DNA from: a virus
Taxonomy: Duplodnaviria; Heunggongvirae; Uroviricota; Caudoviricetes
DNA length: 64,000 bases
Reading direction: 5' to 3' (one strand)
IMG/VR virus record: IMGVR_UViG_3300042691_025398
Location: 55,814 to 119,813 of that record
Both the position numbers and the translations under genes were made by a program. Numbering within the stretch: the stretch's first letter is position 1; each line of letters opens with the position of its first letter. Of this stretch, positions 31,540 to 43,906 are shown piece after piece. The notes under the pieces were generated by a model. That model was not told where the DNA came from. It did not search any database and saw only the letters and a list, made by a program, of their open reading frames with translations.

Positions 31540-31576
31540 CTCAAGAAAAACCCGCAGATTAAAAATATCTGCGGGG
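31540..31576. terminator. Bidirectional rho-independent terminator
   Basis: cccgcagat-loop-atctgcggg hairpin flanked by A-run and T-run. Confidence 0.55.
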
Positions 31577-31594
31577 TTTTGGGCAAATTGACTG

Positions 31595-32395
31595 TTATTT
31601 GTTTATCATCAATCCAGTCATGTTGCTGGGTACAATAATAGTCTGTACTCGACCGTTCTTGATGCCTTCGGAAATGTTTAGAGCAGCTTGTGCATTCATG
31701 TAAGCAATCGAACTTGCTGATTGTGCACTGAGAGCCTGCATCCTACGTGACTCAGCTTCGGCTGTTTTTACTTCCACTTCTTTCTGCTTGAATTCATTCT
31801 TGGCACGTACTAGAGCATTAGCTGACTCAACAACTGAATCCGCAGGTACAATGTTACGAACTAGCACTTGATTGATAGTGATTGCACCATCTAACTTTTC
31901 ATCAGCTAGAGTACGCTGAATGGTTTCACGTACCCGTTGCTCAATGGCAGCACGGTTGTCATTCATATCCAGTGCTTCATACTCACGTGCAGATTTGTAC
32001 ACAGCATTTCGAGCACTTTGAACAATGTAGTTATACATCAGATAGGTATCACCGTTGTGCTGAGCATGAAATGCCTTGCTCTTTTGGCTGTATAGTTCAC
32101 TGACCTGGCCTTGATTGATGTTGTAGATCACAACTGCATCAAAGTCTTTCATGGTGCTGTTGTCTTTGGCCAACGGAGTCATGTCATTGATAGTGACATT
32201 AACATCCTTGATTGGAAAGGTCAATACATCACCAATCAAGGTTTGATTAAAGCTACCTGGTAATAGTTCACCTTGTTGGATCTGTTTGTCAAATCCAATA
32301 CGCACACCCACTTCGCCGGTTTCAATACGAGTACAACCACCTCCCATGACAGCCAATGCAAAAATCAAAAACACAGTAAATGAAAAAATCCTCAT
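31595..32395 (-). CDS. SPFH/band-7 (stomatin/prohibitin-like) lipoprotein
   Basis: Signal peptide with a lipobox-like GGGC, then the SPFH core (EVGV...DVN...DAVVIYNI). Confidence 0.6.
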   Translation of the reverse strand: MRIFSFTVFLIFALAVMGGGCTRIETGEVGVRIGFDKQIQQGELLPGSFNQTLIGDVLTFPIKDVNVTINDMTPLAKDNSTMKDFDAVVIYNINQGQVSELYSQKSKAFHAQHNGDTYLMYNYIVQSARNAVYKSAREYEALDMNDNRAAIEQRVRETIQRTLADEKLDGAITINQVLVRNIVPADSVVESANALVRAKNEFKQKEVEVKTAEAESRRMQALSAQSASSIAYMNAQAALNISEGIKNGRVQTIIVPSNMTGLMINK

Positions 32396-32580
32396 GATGC
32401 CCTCTTAAAAAACAGTAACAATTACAAAAAGTGTCAGCAGAGCTAACACACTAAACAACATTGCAAATCCAACAGTTTTCAACAAACTTAGTCGTTCTTG
32501 GCCAGTGTATCTACTGATAGTGGTTATAGTCAAGCCAAACAGGATGCTTAGAAGCAAATAGATCAAGATTGCTTTGATCA

Positions 32581-33840
32581 TCACGTGGTTGCCTTTTCAT
32601 AATATGCATATTGTCCCCAGGGAGGTACAATTTCTTTGGTACCGTGTATGATCCACAGAGTGTCAGAGTAGTTTTCATCGCCCCACGAACCAAACGGATA
32701 ACCGTCTGTGAACACAACCAATCGCTTGGGTTCAATCTGTTCCTTTTTCAAGTAATCAAACACACAGTCAAAGTCGGTACCACCGCCTCCGGTGATTTCG
32801 TAATCGCATATGGTATCCAAATTGTCCGAAGTGTAGGTTACTGGATTGTATGCTTCTGTGTCAAATGTGACCACATGGATACGAAACTGTTGAAACTGAT
32901 CCATGATGCCCTGTACTTCACTCAAAAAGTCCTTGAGCATTTTCTCACTTATGGACCCTGATGCGTCAATTGCGATAGCAATATCAATCTGTTCGTCGTT
33001 GCGCATGCCAGGCATGATAGCATCCATGTGCCAGCCTCTACGACTGGCTCGCATCCAACTGAAATCACTCTTGATCGTGCTCTCCAAGTTCAACCTTAGC
33101 AGTTCGCGCCAGTTCAACGCTGGTTCAGTAAGATCTTTGATCAGCCTACGCACACCCAATGGGATGTTACCTGCTTCGCTGGTTGACGCTGCATTTAGTA
33201 TGGCTTCTTTGATTTCGTCGCGGATCTTTGCACGTTCTTCGTCAGTGATTTTAGGACGGTTACCATCTTCATCTTGGTCACCATCGCCGTCCATGTGTTC
33301 GTCGAGTATGCGTTCTACCAACTGGTCTATGTCGAGCTTTTCTGCATTTTCATACAGATAATCGTAAACCTGTTCGCTACTCCAGCCTTCGTATTTCTGA
33401 TCGTAAAGGCAAGGCACAGTGGTAATAAACTGGCCTACATGATGTTTTCTAAGATCTGCATTCACACAATAGTCATTGGCCACGTTCCACAACTGCGGAT
33501 CACGCGATCCACGACGTCCAAAGTGATCATATACACAGTGCAATACTTCATGTCCAAACAAGAATTCTAGTTCTCGAGGTTCGAGCATTTTAATAAACTT
33601 GGAATTGAAGTAGAAGTTTCTTCCATCTGTGGCAGCGGTGCTGCACCATTCATCAGCAGGCACCAGTTTGAGCCTTGTGGCTAGATTGCCAAAGAAACTG
33701 CTCTTGAGCAACAGTCCAATTCGCGCAGTTCTCAACTGTTCAATAACATTTTCAAGCTCGCGTCCTTGAGGACTTGGGCCAATCAAGTTTTGGAATTTTT
33801 TCGCAAGTTCTTTTGTATTCTCAGTTGTGTTATTTGACAT
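32581..33840 (-). CDS. VWA-domain protein (CobT-like partner of the AAA+ ATPase), with an HExxH motif
   Basis: VWA MIDAS-like DIAIAIDASGSIS and HEVLHCVYDH. Confidence 0.55.
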   Translation of the reverse strand: MSNNTTENTKELAKKFQNLIGPSPQGRELENVIEQLRTARIGLLLKSSFFGNLATRLKLVPADEWCSTAATDGRNFYFNSKFIKMLEPRELEFLFGHEVLHCVYDHFGRRGSRDPQLWNVANDYCVNADLRKHHVGQFITTVPCLYDQKYEGWSSEQVYDYLYENAEKLDIDQLVERILDEHMDGDGDQDEDGNRPKITDEERAKIRDEIKEAILNAASTSEAGNIPLGVRRLIKDLTEPALNWRELLRLNLESTIKSDFSWMRASRRGWHMDAIMPGMRNDEQIDIAIAIDASGSISEKMLKDFLSEVQGIMDQFQQFRIHVVTFDTEAYNPVTYTSDNLDTICDYEITGGGGTDFDCVFDYLKKEQIEPKRLVVFTDGYPFGSWGDENYSDTLWIIHGTKEIVPPWGQYAYYEKATT

Positions 33841-33883
33841 AGCAGCTCCTTGTTAGCATATCAATATTATACATGATCTGTCT

Positions 33884-34423
33884 TTATTGGTCAAGCGGAC
33901 TAGATAATGTAAAAAAAGCAACTTCTTTTTCTGAAGCACAGTATATGCGGTATTCTGTTCCGGTTTTACCATTGGTCCAACTCCAAGTGGGATTCAAAAT
34001 ATCTTTGTTTTCAAAACCGGTCAAATCTTTTATAGTCTGTCGTTTACGCCAACCCGAAAGAGTGTGTTGCAATTCACAGTGAGCCAGTATTTGACACCAT
34101 GCACGTATTTCAGCACTCCATCCATATGTTTTCTCAAACCATTTTTGAGCCTTGATAAATGTCAATGCGTCGGAACCCCGGGTACTGGTTCTGTGAAAAC
34201 TGATGTAGTACTCAAAGTGCTCATGATAATTGAATCTATGATCAAGTTTTTGTATTTTATACGGTGTCTGTTTCATATGACTTCTCGGGAAACTTAAGGT
34301 TGAAAATTGTGATATCTCGTGGATCAGTAAAATAAAAGTTAATGGTCCATATTTCATCAGGGCCAATCTTTTGATCCACCGGTACCATAAAGTGCCAGCG
34401 TTTGATAACACCTGGATTACCAA
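33884..34423 (-). CDS. Hypothetical protein
   Basis: 179 aa ORF. Confidence 0.3.
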   Translation of the reverse strand: MVIQVLSNAGTLWYRWIKRLALMKYGPLTFILLIHEISQFSTLSFPRSHMKQTPYKIQKLDHRFNYHEHFEYYISFHRTSTRGSDALTFIKAQKWFEKTYGWSAEIRAWCQILAHCELQHTLSGWRKRQTIKDLTGFENKDILNPTWSWTNGKTGTEYRIYCASEKEVAFFTLSSPLDQ

Positions 34424-34530
34424 ATGTCCGCCTTACCCCTGCGAGCAACTCACTGATGTACGTGTGATTATAACGCACTGTTCGTCTAACATTATGTAAT
34501 TGTTTCATGTTGAGAGTTTAAATAACATTA

Positions 34531-35478
34531 ATGTTTTCAATTAATAAACCTTGGGATCGATTACACACCGCGGTTGTGGGTAGTGCATACAGCACGGGCA
34601 GATTTGATTGGATAGAGTACACTGATATTCGACGTGAGTTAGAAATCATTGCACAGGAAACCCAAGAAGATCTTGACCACCTTGCCCACATACTTACATC
34701 ATTTGATGTACAAGTTCTACGCCCAGATATAAACCTGGTGCCTGCGCAGACCTTGCCTCCAGTGGCGCCGCGTGATGATCTGTTGATGTTACAAGATGTC
34801 ATGTATGTGTTAAACAATGATCGTGCAAGCGGTTACGAATCTATAGTTGCACATGTTAGATCTCAAAATAACTTGGTACACACGCATGATCAACCGGACA
34901 ATCACGGAGCCAATGTGTACGACATGGGTGATATGGTTTATTATAGCGTGGATCATATCGAAGACTTGCATAAATCGGAAACATGGTTCACTCGATTTTG
35001 TGACCAAAGGCCCAGACGCCGTTACTATAATGTTGGTCATTTGGACGGTTGGTGGTGTGCACCTACTCCGGGTGTGATAGCTGCCAGCCGTGATCATGAA
35101 CGTTTTGCATTTCAACAACTGTTTTTTCAACATCATTTTCCAGGTTGGCAAGTGCATTATCTTAATGAGACCTTTCAAGGACTAGACCAGCGTGCATGGC
35201 ACAGTGAAACTCATCCACCCGACAGTGAGTTTGCACGTTGGGTTAACAGTCATATACCGCACTGGCTTGGCTGTGCCAGTGAAACAGTTTTTGAAATCAA
35301 CATACTAGTGATTGACCATGAGCTGTGCATAACCGGACAAGATCATCCTGTGTTGCGCGATTCTCTTAAACAAAAAGGGTGCCACCTTGTGGTAGCACCC
35401 TTGCGCCATCAAACCTTTTGGGATCTAGGCATACACTGCGCCACGTCTGACCTGCATCGTGTTAGGAATTCGAACTAG
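34531..35478 (+). CDS. Amidinotransferase-family protein, paralog 2
   Basis: N-terminal WDRLHTAVVGSAY plus C-terminal GIHCATSDLHRVRNS (the Cys-containing active-site end). Collinear with 21195-22229. Confidence 0.6.
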   Translation: MFSINKPWDRLHTAVVGSAYSTGRFDWIEYTDIRRELEIIAQETQEDLDHLAHILTSFDVQVLRPDINLVPAQTLPPVAPRDDLLMLQDVMYVLNNDRASGYESIVAHVRSQNNLVHTHDQPDNHGANVYDMGDMVYYSVDHIEDLHKSETWFTRFCDQRPRRRYYNVGHLDGWWCAPTPGVIAASRDHERFAFQQLFFQHHFPGWQVHYLNETFQGLDQRAWHSETHPPDSEFARWVNSHIPHWLGCASETVFEINILVIDHELCITGQDHPVLRDSLKQKGCHLVVAPLRHQTFWDLGIHCATSDLHRVRNSN

Positions 35479-36553
35479 CAGTCAGAATGTACTTGCCGTA
35501 ACGCTCATGGAACTCATCAAAGTTCTTGAGCTTGCTGGGCTGGAAGGGCAAGTCATATGTGGTCAGTGCAACACGAGCACCCATCACAACAATTTCTGTT
35601 TCGAAGTTATCCATCATGAAACGGAAGAAGTTATCAGCCATGCTGTTAAAAGTCTTTTCGTCCATGCCGTTTTCGTGTGCATCCTTCAGCTCGTAGCACA
35701 TGGAAGTGACCAAGGAATACATGGCACTGACTTCTTTCACCTTTAGTTCTTTCACCTTGCCTGCAAGGATATCTTCTGGCTTGGGCATCTTGGCAGCAAC
35801 CTTGCGATGTGCTGCAAATTTCACTGCAAGACCTTCGCCCACGGTACCTGCAATCAAGTTGGTCGCAGTGTCATCATCAAGGTCTTCATCAGCAAGAATT
35901 TCGCTTACGAAACTCCAGGTACGTGGTGTTGCAAAAGCACGACTTGCACTCTTGCTGTCGAAGTCATACAGGTCCTGCTTGGCAAAACTCAGATAACCAA
36001 TCACGTCTTTGTGAATCTTGTGTTCAACAGCCCACTCTTGCCAGCATGCAAAGTCTTGCTTGAGCTCTTGGTGAATAAAACGATTTGCCAACGGTGTAGG
36101 CATACGATATGTTACACCTTTGTCACTTTCGCGATTGCCTGCTGCAATCATCACCACGTTGTCTGGCAAGTGATATTTGCCAATGCGTCGATTAAGAATC
36201 AATTGATAGGCAGCTGCCTGTACTGCTGGTGCCGCAGAATTCATTTCGTCCATGAATAACACGATTATAGGATACTGGTCGGCCAGTTCTTGATCAGGCA
36301 GCTCAATAGGAGGAGCCCAATCCATCTTGCCAATTTCCTTGTTGTAATATGGAATACCGCGAATGTCAGTAGGCTCCATCTGACCCAGTCGCAGATCGAT
36401 CATGAAACCGCCCATGTCTTCGGTTACCTGAGCTACCACATCACTCTTGCCAATACCAGGAGGACCCCACAAGAACAGCGGACGCTTTACCGCGAATGCC
36501 TTGTTAATGCTCTTACGAGCTTGCTTGATTGTTACTGTGCGTGAATCTGACAT
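35462..36553 (-). CDS. cobS: CobS-like AAA+ ATPase (MoxR/CobS family)
   Basis: Walker A LWGPPGIGKSD. Length and architecture fit phage CobS homologues. Adjacent VWA partner. Confidence 0.7.
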   Translation of the reverse strand: MSDSRTVTIKQARKSINKAFAVKRPLFLWGPPGIGKSDVVAQVTEDMGGFMIDLRLGQMEPTDIRGIPYYNKEIGKMDWAPPIELPDQELADQYPIIVLFMDEMNSAAPAVQAAAYQLILNRRIGKYHLPDNVVMIAAGNRESDKGVTYRMPTPLANRFIHQELKQDFACWQEWAVEHKIHKDVIGYLSFAKQDLYDFDSKSASRAFATPRTWSFVSEILADEDLDDDTATNLIAGTVGEGLAVKFAAHRKVAAKMPKPEDILAGKVKELKVKEVSAMYSLVTSMCYELKDAHENGMDEKTFNSMADNFFRFMMDNFETEIVVMGARVALTTYDLPFQPSKLKNFDEFHERYGKYILTASSNS

Positions 36554-36624
36554 TGTAGCTCCTAGAAAAATTTTATTACAGTCGTCAACTAAACATTACA
36601 GCATGTATTATACGAATATTTGAT

Positions 36625-37284
36625 TTACTGGTCAAGCACTGTGACTCTGTTCAACTGGGTACTTTTGTTCCTAAATCCTTTTATAGTGCCTTTGATTTTG
36701 GACTCTTGTCCAGTTGTCATGTTGTTCTTGTAACTAAAGAACACAAGATGTTTACAAGATGTTAACGCAGTGATAAACCAGCAGTTATAATTGTTGCTAT
36801 AGATTGATTTAACCACATGCACCTGAGCATGAACACGTTGACCTACATCTGCTAATGGTTGATTAACAATATCGGCGCTCATTTTTTCTTCATACACACC
36901 GCGACGCCATGCACTGATTTGACTGGCCACAAGAGCCATTTCTGATGCATGCGTGTCTCTGAAACTAGAGAACGCAAGCACTTCACCTAGCCTTTTTTCA
37001 AACCCGTTAGCAGTGCCTTTGAGTGCCTTGATAACAGATGCTTTGCGTAACCATTGCAATGCTTGATGTCCAACCTCACGATCGGCGTCCGTAAGCATTT
37101 CTGGATGCCTTAGTGCATCACGCATGATTTCTTTGTTAGACTTGCGCTTTTCTCGAACAACCTTGTGGTCGTCCTCCATGTAAGCTTCTAGCCATTCCGT
37201 GGCTCGCAGATATTCGCCACTGTTCATCCTATCAGCCAAGGCAGCAGCAGCCCAAACAGATTCAGCAGACCATGTGGTGCTCAT
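36625..37284 (-). CDS. Hypothetical protein
   Basis: 219 aa ORF. Confidence 0.3.
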   Translation of the reverse strand: MSTTWSAESVWAAAALADRMNSGEYLRATEWLEAYMEDDHKVVREKRKSNKEIMRDALRHPEMLTDADREVGHQALQWLRKASVIKALKGTANGFEKRLGEVLAFSSFRDTHASEMALVASQISAWRRGVYEEKMSADIVNQPLADVGQRVHAQVHVVKSIYSNNYNCWFITALTSCKHLVFFSYKNNMTTGQESKIKGTIKGFRNKSTQLNRVTVLDQ

Positions 37285-37285
37285 T

Positions 37286-37507
37286 TTATTCAGCCTCGGT
37301 AGCTTGTACAGCCATCTTCTTTACAGCTCGCTCCGCGTCTTCTCGTGCGTTGGTAAAAGCATAATCACAAGACAAGGAGTTGTGTCCACTAAACAGTTTC
37401 CATTCACCATCTTGCATCCATTCTACACGGATGTCGTATGCCCGAGACATTGGATCACCGTCATAGACGATACGAACCGTGCCAAAATCGTGTGCCACTC
37501 GCATCAA
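37286..37507 (-). CDS. Hypothetical small protein
   Basis: 73 aa. Confidence 0.3.
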   Translation of the reverse strand: MMRVAHDFGTVRIVYDGDPMSRAYDIRVEWMQDGEWKLFSGHNSLSCDYAFTNAREDAERAVKKMAVQATEAE

Positions 37508-37518
37508 TTCCTCCTTGA

Positions 37519-37824
37519 CTATTGTTTGTTTCGAATTCTTTCAATAACCGTGTCAGCACTATCAAAATCATCCACTGAGTCTAATAAGCTGAGTCGCATC
37601 AACTCGATAAGTGTGTTACAGGTATTTTGATCGTTAACTGGCAGTGTGCTGATGAAACTTTCCACACCTTCCATGGTTTCTATAGCCCACATTATTTCAC
37701 AAAAGGCCATTTGCTTTTCTGTAAGGCCGTGTAGTTCTATGATCATACAAGCTCCTGTACTAGTTAGGCTGCCTTTTTGGAAGTAAAACGATCGCCCACC
37801 AAGGCTTCTTGTTTGGCCCACCAT
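37519..37824 (-). CDS. Hypothetical protein
   Basis: 101 aa. Confidence 0.3.
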   Translation of the reverse strand: MVGQTRSLGGRSFYFQKGSLTSTGACMIIELHGLTEKQMAFCEIMWAIETMEGVESFISTLPVNDQNTCNTLIELMRLSLLDSVDDFDSADTVIERIRNKQ

Positions 37825-38162
37825 TGCTGCATAAACTCTTCTGGATCTTGTCCTTTGCGCGGCGCATCGCCTACACGTTTGACTTTCGCAACAGGAGTTG
37901 CTACTTTTGCAACAGTTGCCTTTTTAGCAGGCTTAGCAGACTGTGCAATTTTAGCAGCACGACGCCATCCAGCAGTGATGCCTTGTGAGGTGAGCCAATC
38001 TATTGCTTCGTCCTTGCCCATTGCAAACGGCAGTTTGATCATGTTTACGTCTTTAGCACCAAGTTTTTCTAGTACCGCAGCACGACCTGCATCATTTGCA
38101 AATTTGTAAACAGTTACATTATCAACAACACATGTGCCCGCAAAAGTGAAAGTTTTGGACAT
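37764..38162 (-). CDS. Lys/Ala-rich histone-H1-like DNA-binding protein (tentative)
   Basis: C-terminal AKIAQSAKPAKKATVAKVATPVAKVKRVGDAPRKG low-complexity basic tail. Confidence 0.35.
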   Translation of the reverse strand: MSKTFTFAGTCVVDNVTVYKFANDAGRAAVLEKLGAKDVNMIKLPFAMGKDEAIDWLTSQGITAGWRRAAKIAQSAKPAKKATVAKVATPVAKVKRVGDAPRKGQDPEEFMQQWWAKQEALVGDRFTSKKAA

Positions 38163-38239
38163 TTACAACTCCTTATCAGTTACTATACCAATATTATATG
38201 AAAATGGGAATAATTGGCCAACCGTTTTTATGTTGCTAA

Positions 38240-38434
38240 TCAAGCAACTTTTTCGTAACGAGCACGGAAGAAGTTATCAGGATCACCGGGCGGGTTGTTA
38301 TAATTGTAACAGAATTGTTCAGCTTCTTGTTCTGTTGTAAAATACTTAACACCCATCGGACGCTGTCCATAACCGCGTTCATACTCAGTCATTGTTACTT
38401 TATACAGAGGACCAGGGCTTTTGACTTCGGGCAT
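38240..38434 (-). CDS. Hypothetical small protein
   Basis: 64 aa. Confidence 0.25.
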   Translation of the reverse strand: MPEVKSPGPLYKVTMTEYERGYGQRPMGVKYFTTEQEAEQFCYNYNNPPGDPDNFFRARYEKVA

Positions 38435-38591
38435 GTTAATCTCCTTTAGGGCGACTTACAATCCAAATAATAATTGCTAAAACAATAAGAAACCAAAACA
38501 TCATGTGTCTCCTGTCAACTGCTACAATTACAGTATAAAGGAACTGGATTTTTTGGTCAAGGAGTGCAAGTGCGCGATGGCACTTGCAATT

Positions 38592-39881
38592 TTAATAACG
38601 GTATGTTTCTGGTTTGAAGGGACCTTGCACAGGTACATTGATGTACTCTGCTTGGGCATCAGTGAGGGTGGTAAGTTCTGCGCCCACATGTGCCAAATGA
38701 AGTCTAGCCACTTCTTCATCCATGTGCTTGGGCAGTAAATAAATCTGTCCAGGTTGATACCGGTCAGAATGTTGCCAAAGTTCAATCTGCGCCAACACCT
38801 GGTTGGTAAAACTGTTTGACATCACATAGCTTGGATGTCCTGTAGCACAGCCAAGGTTTACCAATCGTCCTTTAGCTAACACTATAATCTTAATACCGTC
38901 AGGTCGGGTAACATGATCAACCAAGGGCTTGATTTCTTGCCAATGCCACGATTGAATGCCGGCAATGTCAATCTCGCTGTCAAAGTGACCAATGTTACAC
39001 ACAATAGCATTGTTTTTCATGCGCAGCATATGATCACGATTGATCACATTGATGTTGCCTGTGGCAGTAACAAAGATATCTGCATGTTCGGCCGCATAGT
39101 CCATTGTGACCACACGATAGCCTTCCATGGCCGCTTGTAAAGCACAGATAGGGTCAATTTCAGTGATCCATACCTGTGCTGACAACGCACGTAATGCCTG
39201 AGCTGAACCCTTGCCTACATCACCATAGCCTGCTACCACAGCTATCTTGCCTGCGATCATGACATCAGTTGCACGTTTGATAGCATCAACAAGACTTTCG
39301 CGACAACCATACAGATTGTCAAACTTGGCCTTGGTCACTGAATCATTTACATTGATAGCTGGTAACTTTAGTGTGCCTGCTTGGACTCGTTCCACTAGTT
39401 TGTGAATACCAGTAGTGGTTTCCTCACTAACACCTACTATGCCAGGCAGCAGTTCTGGATGACGATCATGTACCCATGCTGTGAGATCGTGACCGTCGTC
39501 AAGCAGCATGTTGGGCAACCATCCATCAGGGCCTGACAGTGTTTGTTCAATACACCACCAGTATTCTTCTTCGGTTTCACCTTTCCATGCAAACACAGGA
39601 ATTCCACGAGCAGCTAAAGCCGCAGCCGCATGATCCTGTGTGCTGAAAATATTGCAAGAACTCCAGCGCACTTCGGCACCCAACTCAACCAAGGTTTCAA
39701 CTAGCACAGCAGTTTGAATGGTCATGTGCAAGCTGCCAGCAATGCGAGCACCTGCTAATGGTTTGGCATCACGGTATTTGTCTCGAACACTTATCAGTCC
39801 GGGCATTTCGTGTTCAGCAATGGCTATTTCTCTACGACCCCAGTCTGCTAGACCAATGTCTGCTATGCGATAATCTGTCAT
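38592..39881 (-). CDS. ahcY: S-adenosyl-L-homocysteine hydrolase
   Basis: N-terminal [26 protein letters not shown] is the canonical AhcY start. NAD-binding [10 protein letters not shown] block present. Length 429 aa. Confidence 0.9.
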   Translation of the reverse strand: MTDYRIADIGLADWGRREIAIAEHEMPGLISVRDKYRDAKPLAGARIAGSLHMTIQTAVLVETLVELGAEVRWSSCNIFSTQDHAAAALAARGIPVFAWKGETEEEYWWCIEQTLSGPDGWLPNMLLDDGHDLTAWVHDRHPELLPGIVGVSEETTTGIHKLVERVQAGTLKLPAINVNDSVTKAKFDNLYGCRESLVDAIKRATDVMIAGKIAVVAGYGDVGKGSAQALRALSAQVWITEIDPICALQAAMEGYRVVTMDYAAEHADIFVTATGNINVINRDHMLRMKNNAIVCNIGHFDSEIDIAGIQSWHWQEIKPLVDHVTRPDGIKIIVLAKGRLVNLGCATGHPSYVMSNSFTNQVLAQIELWQHSDRYQPGQIYLLPKHMDEEVARLHLAHVGAELTTLTDAQAEYINVPVQGPFKPETYRY

Positions 39882-40047
39882 TTATGAAAGTCCTTACGTT
39901 CGTTTCTGTTTGCTCTAGGTGGTGCCATTCTAGATTGCATTTCTGCTTGTACCATGCTGCTGATAAAATGGTGACGCTTGTTGGCATCAATAATCGTAGC
40001 GGCCTGCATTTTGCTGGGTTTGGATAGTTTAAAATGTTTGTTGGCTT

Positions 40048-40311
40048 TCATCGGCGTCCTTTGTTCCTTGAATTAGTTTCGGGCGGTTCACGCAGCAACC
40101 AGGATCTATTGACCTTGCCTGCTTGTATTTCATGCATGGTAGTGCTCAATGGTGTATTGCCTTGATTTACCATTGGTGCATGTCCGGATTTGATTTCTCT
40201 AATGCGTTGACTTAAAACTAACACAGCGTCAAACTGGTTACCCAATTTGTGCACTGTGTCCTCACTGCTTAAACTGATTGCATCTCTCTGTGGTAAATTA
40301 GACATTTTCAC
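40048..40311 (-). CDS. Hypothetical protein
   Basis: 87 aa. Confidence 0.3.
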   Translation of the reverse strand: MKMSNLPQRDAISLSSEDTVHKLGNQFDAVLVLSQRIREIKSGHAPMVNQGNTPLSTTMHEIQAGKVNRSWLLREPPETNSRNKGRR

Positions 40312-40394
40312 TCCAATTGTTTAGTTATGATTATAACACGGAAATGTCTTTCTCACAACAGATATGATAAACCCGCCACTAGGGCGGGTCAGGA

Positions 40395-42313
<1,919 letters not shown>

Positions 42314-42423
42314 CGTTGCCTTCTCCTTTAAAAATAAGCAAGAAAGTATGCACAGTCTCACCTGAGCACTGTGCAAAGGTTATTTATAACATTTTAATCA
42401 TGTGCAAAGCAAGTTTTTTGGAT

Positions 42424-42446
42424 AAAAAAAGCCCTTGCGGGCTTTT
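42424..42446 (-). terminator. Rho-independent terminator after the pstS-porin operon
   Basis: gcccgcaagggc hairpin followed by a U-run on the minus strand. Confidence 0.55.
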
Positions 42447-42487
42447 GCGGGTTACGAGTTCCCGCAGCACTCTATGCTTGTGCTCGA

Positions 42488-43897
42488 TTAGAAACTCAAT
42501 TGACCTCTTAGCATCACTGCTCGATCGCCGTTCACACGACCACCTGACGAGCCAACTGCACTGTCAAATTTGGTGTCAACATAGTTCAACAAGAAACGCA
42601 CATTATCGTTCCAGAACCAGGTCACACCATAGGTCATTGCAGTTGCACGATTGGCTTTGCCTGCTGCTACTGTGATATCACTGGCGTCAAACTCGCTGGC
42701 ACGTACACCCACTTGCCAAGCACCTGTGCCACCTGCTGTGACTGCGGTGTTTGGTTTGATCCAGTTGAACACACCATTACGATAGTTGTGATTTTCACCA
42801 GTCAGGTTGTACACTGCTTGCACATAGTTACCTTGGATTTCACGATCAACACCAGTGGTGGGATCATATTTGAAGTTGAACATTTCACCTTGTACCTTGA
42901 GAGCACGATAGGCAAATGCAGCCTCTAGTCCTTGGCGTGTGCGTTCGGTCTCACCACTTAATGCACTGCCAGTGAACCAGCCACTGTGCAATCTTGCTTC
43001 AGTGCGGCCACTTGCTGGAGTTACGCCACCTTTGATGCTGCCTTGACTGTAAGCACCGCCTAGATGCACGACCATGTCTTTGTTCTGAATGATTTCTGCA
43101 ACGTTGGTAGTTAAACGACCAATTAAATCAACACCGTCAACTGTGGCATCCTTGTTGGCACGACCACGGCTGGCTGCAAGTGCATAGGTAAAGCCCACAG
43201 CAGGCACACCATGAATCATCACACCAGTTTCTTTAGCAGGAATAAACTCACCATCAGTGTTGCCCACTAGACTGCGTTCCATGAAGTCTATATTATTAGA
43301 GCTGGTTAATTGCTCAAGACTGAATGGCATCTTGAATGTACCAAACTGCAATTGTGCAGCTGGATTGGCATCATAGTTGACCCAGAACTCATCAATGGTT
43401 GTGGAGGTTGAACCAGCGCCTACATCATTGCCAAAGTTTGCCAGCAGCTGATATTTGAAGTCCTTGGCAATTTGTCCACGAATACCAAAACGTCCACGAC
43501 GCATTTCCATGGTGTTTGCGTAAGAGTCAGTGGTTTGACCTGTAGCGTAGTCTGGGCTGTAGTTTCTATAGTCCATGTGGATACGACCAGTGAACTGAGC
43601 AGTGGTGTTTCCATCCTTGCTCTTGATGCCAAGTCCATTCTCTAGAACTGAACCATCGTTGGCCTTGCTCACACGATAGTTGTTGTTGTCGCGAATGTCT
43701 TTGTCAATTCTTGACTGGTTGAACTGTTTATTTTCTTGCTTGTCACGATAGGTTTCTAGTTTAGAATCATATTCCTTCTGTGACAGAATGCCTTTTTCTC
43801 GCAAGATATTCAGAGTATCAACATACTCATCTGCGTGTGCTGCGCCAAAACAAAAACTCAAAGCGATAGCAACACTTAGTTTTTTAAGATTTTTCAT
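42488..43897 (-). CDS. Outer-membrane porin, likely phosphate-selective (OprO/OprP-like)
   Basis: Signal peptide. Alternating beta-strand composition. C-terminal aromatic residue (…RGQLSF). Co-directional and adjacent to pstS. Confidence 0.5.
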   Translation of the reverse strand: MKNLKKLSVAIALSFCFGAAHADEYVDTLNILREKGILSQKEYDSKLETYRDKQENKQFNQSRIDKDIRDNNNYRVSKANDGSVLENGLGIKSKDGNTTAQFTGRIHMDYRNYSPDYATGQTTDSYANTMEMRRGRFGIRGQIAKDFKYQLLANFGNDVGAGSTSTTIDEFWVNYDANPAAQLQFGTFKMPFSLEQLTSSNNIDFMERSLVGNTDGEFIPAKETGVMIHGVPAVGFTYALAASRGRANKDATVDGVDLIGRLTTNVAEIIQNKDMVVHLGGAYSQGSIKGGVTPASGRTEARLHSGWFTGSALSGETERTRQGLEAAFAYRALKVQGEMFNFKYDPTTGVDREIQGNYVQAVYNLTGENHNYRNGVFNWIKPNTAVTAGGTGAWQVGVRASEFDASDITVAAGKANRATAMTYGVTWFWNDNVRFLLNYVDTKFDSAVGSSGGRVNGDRAVMLRGQLSF

Positions 43898-43906
43898 TGT
43901 TTGTCC

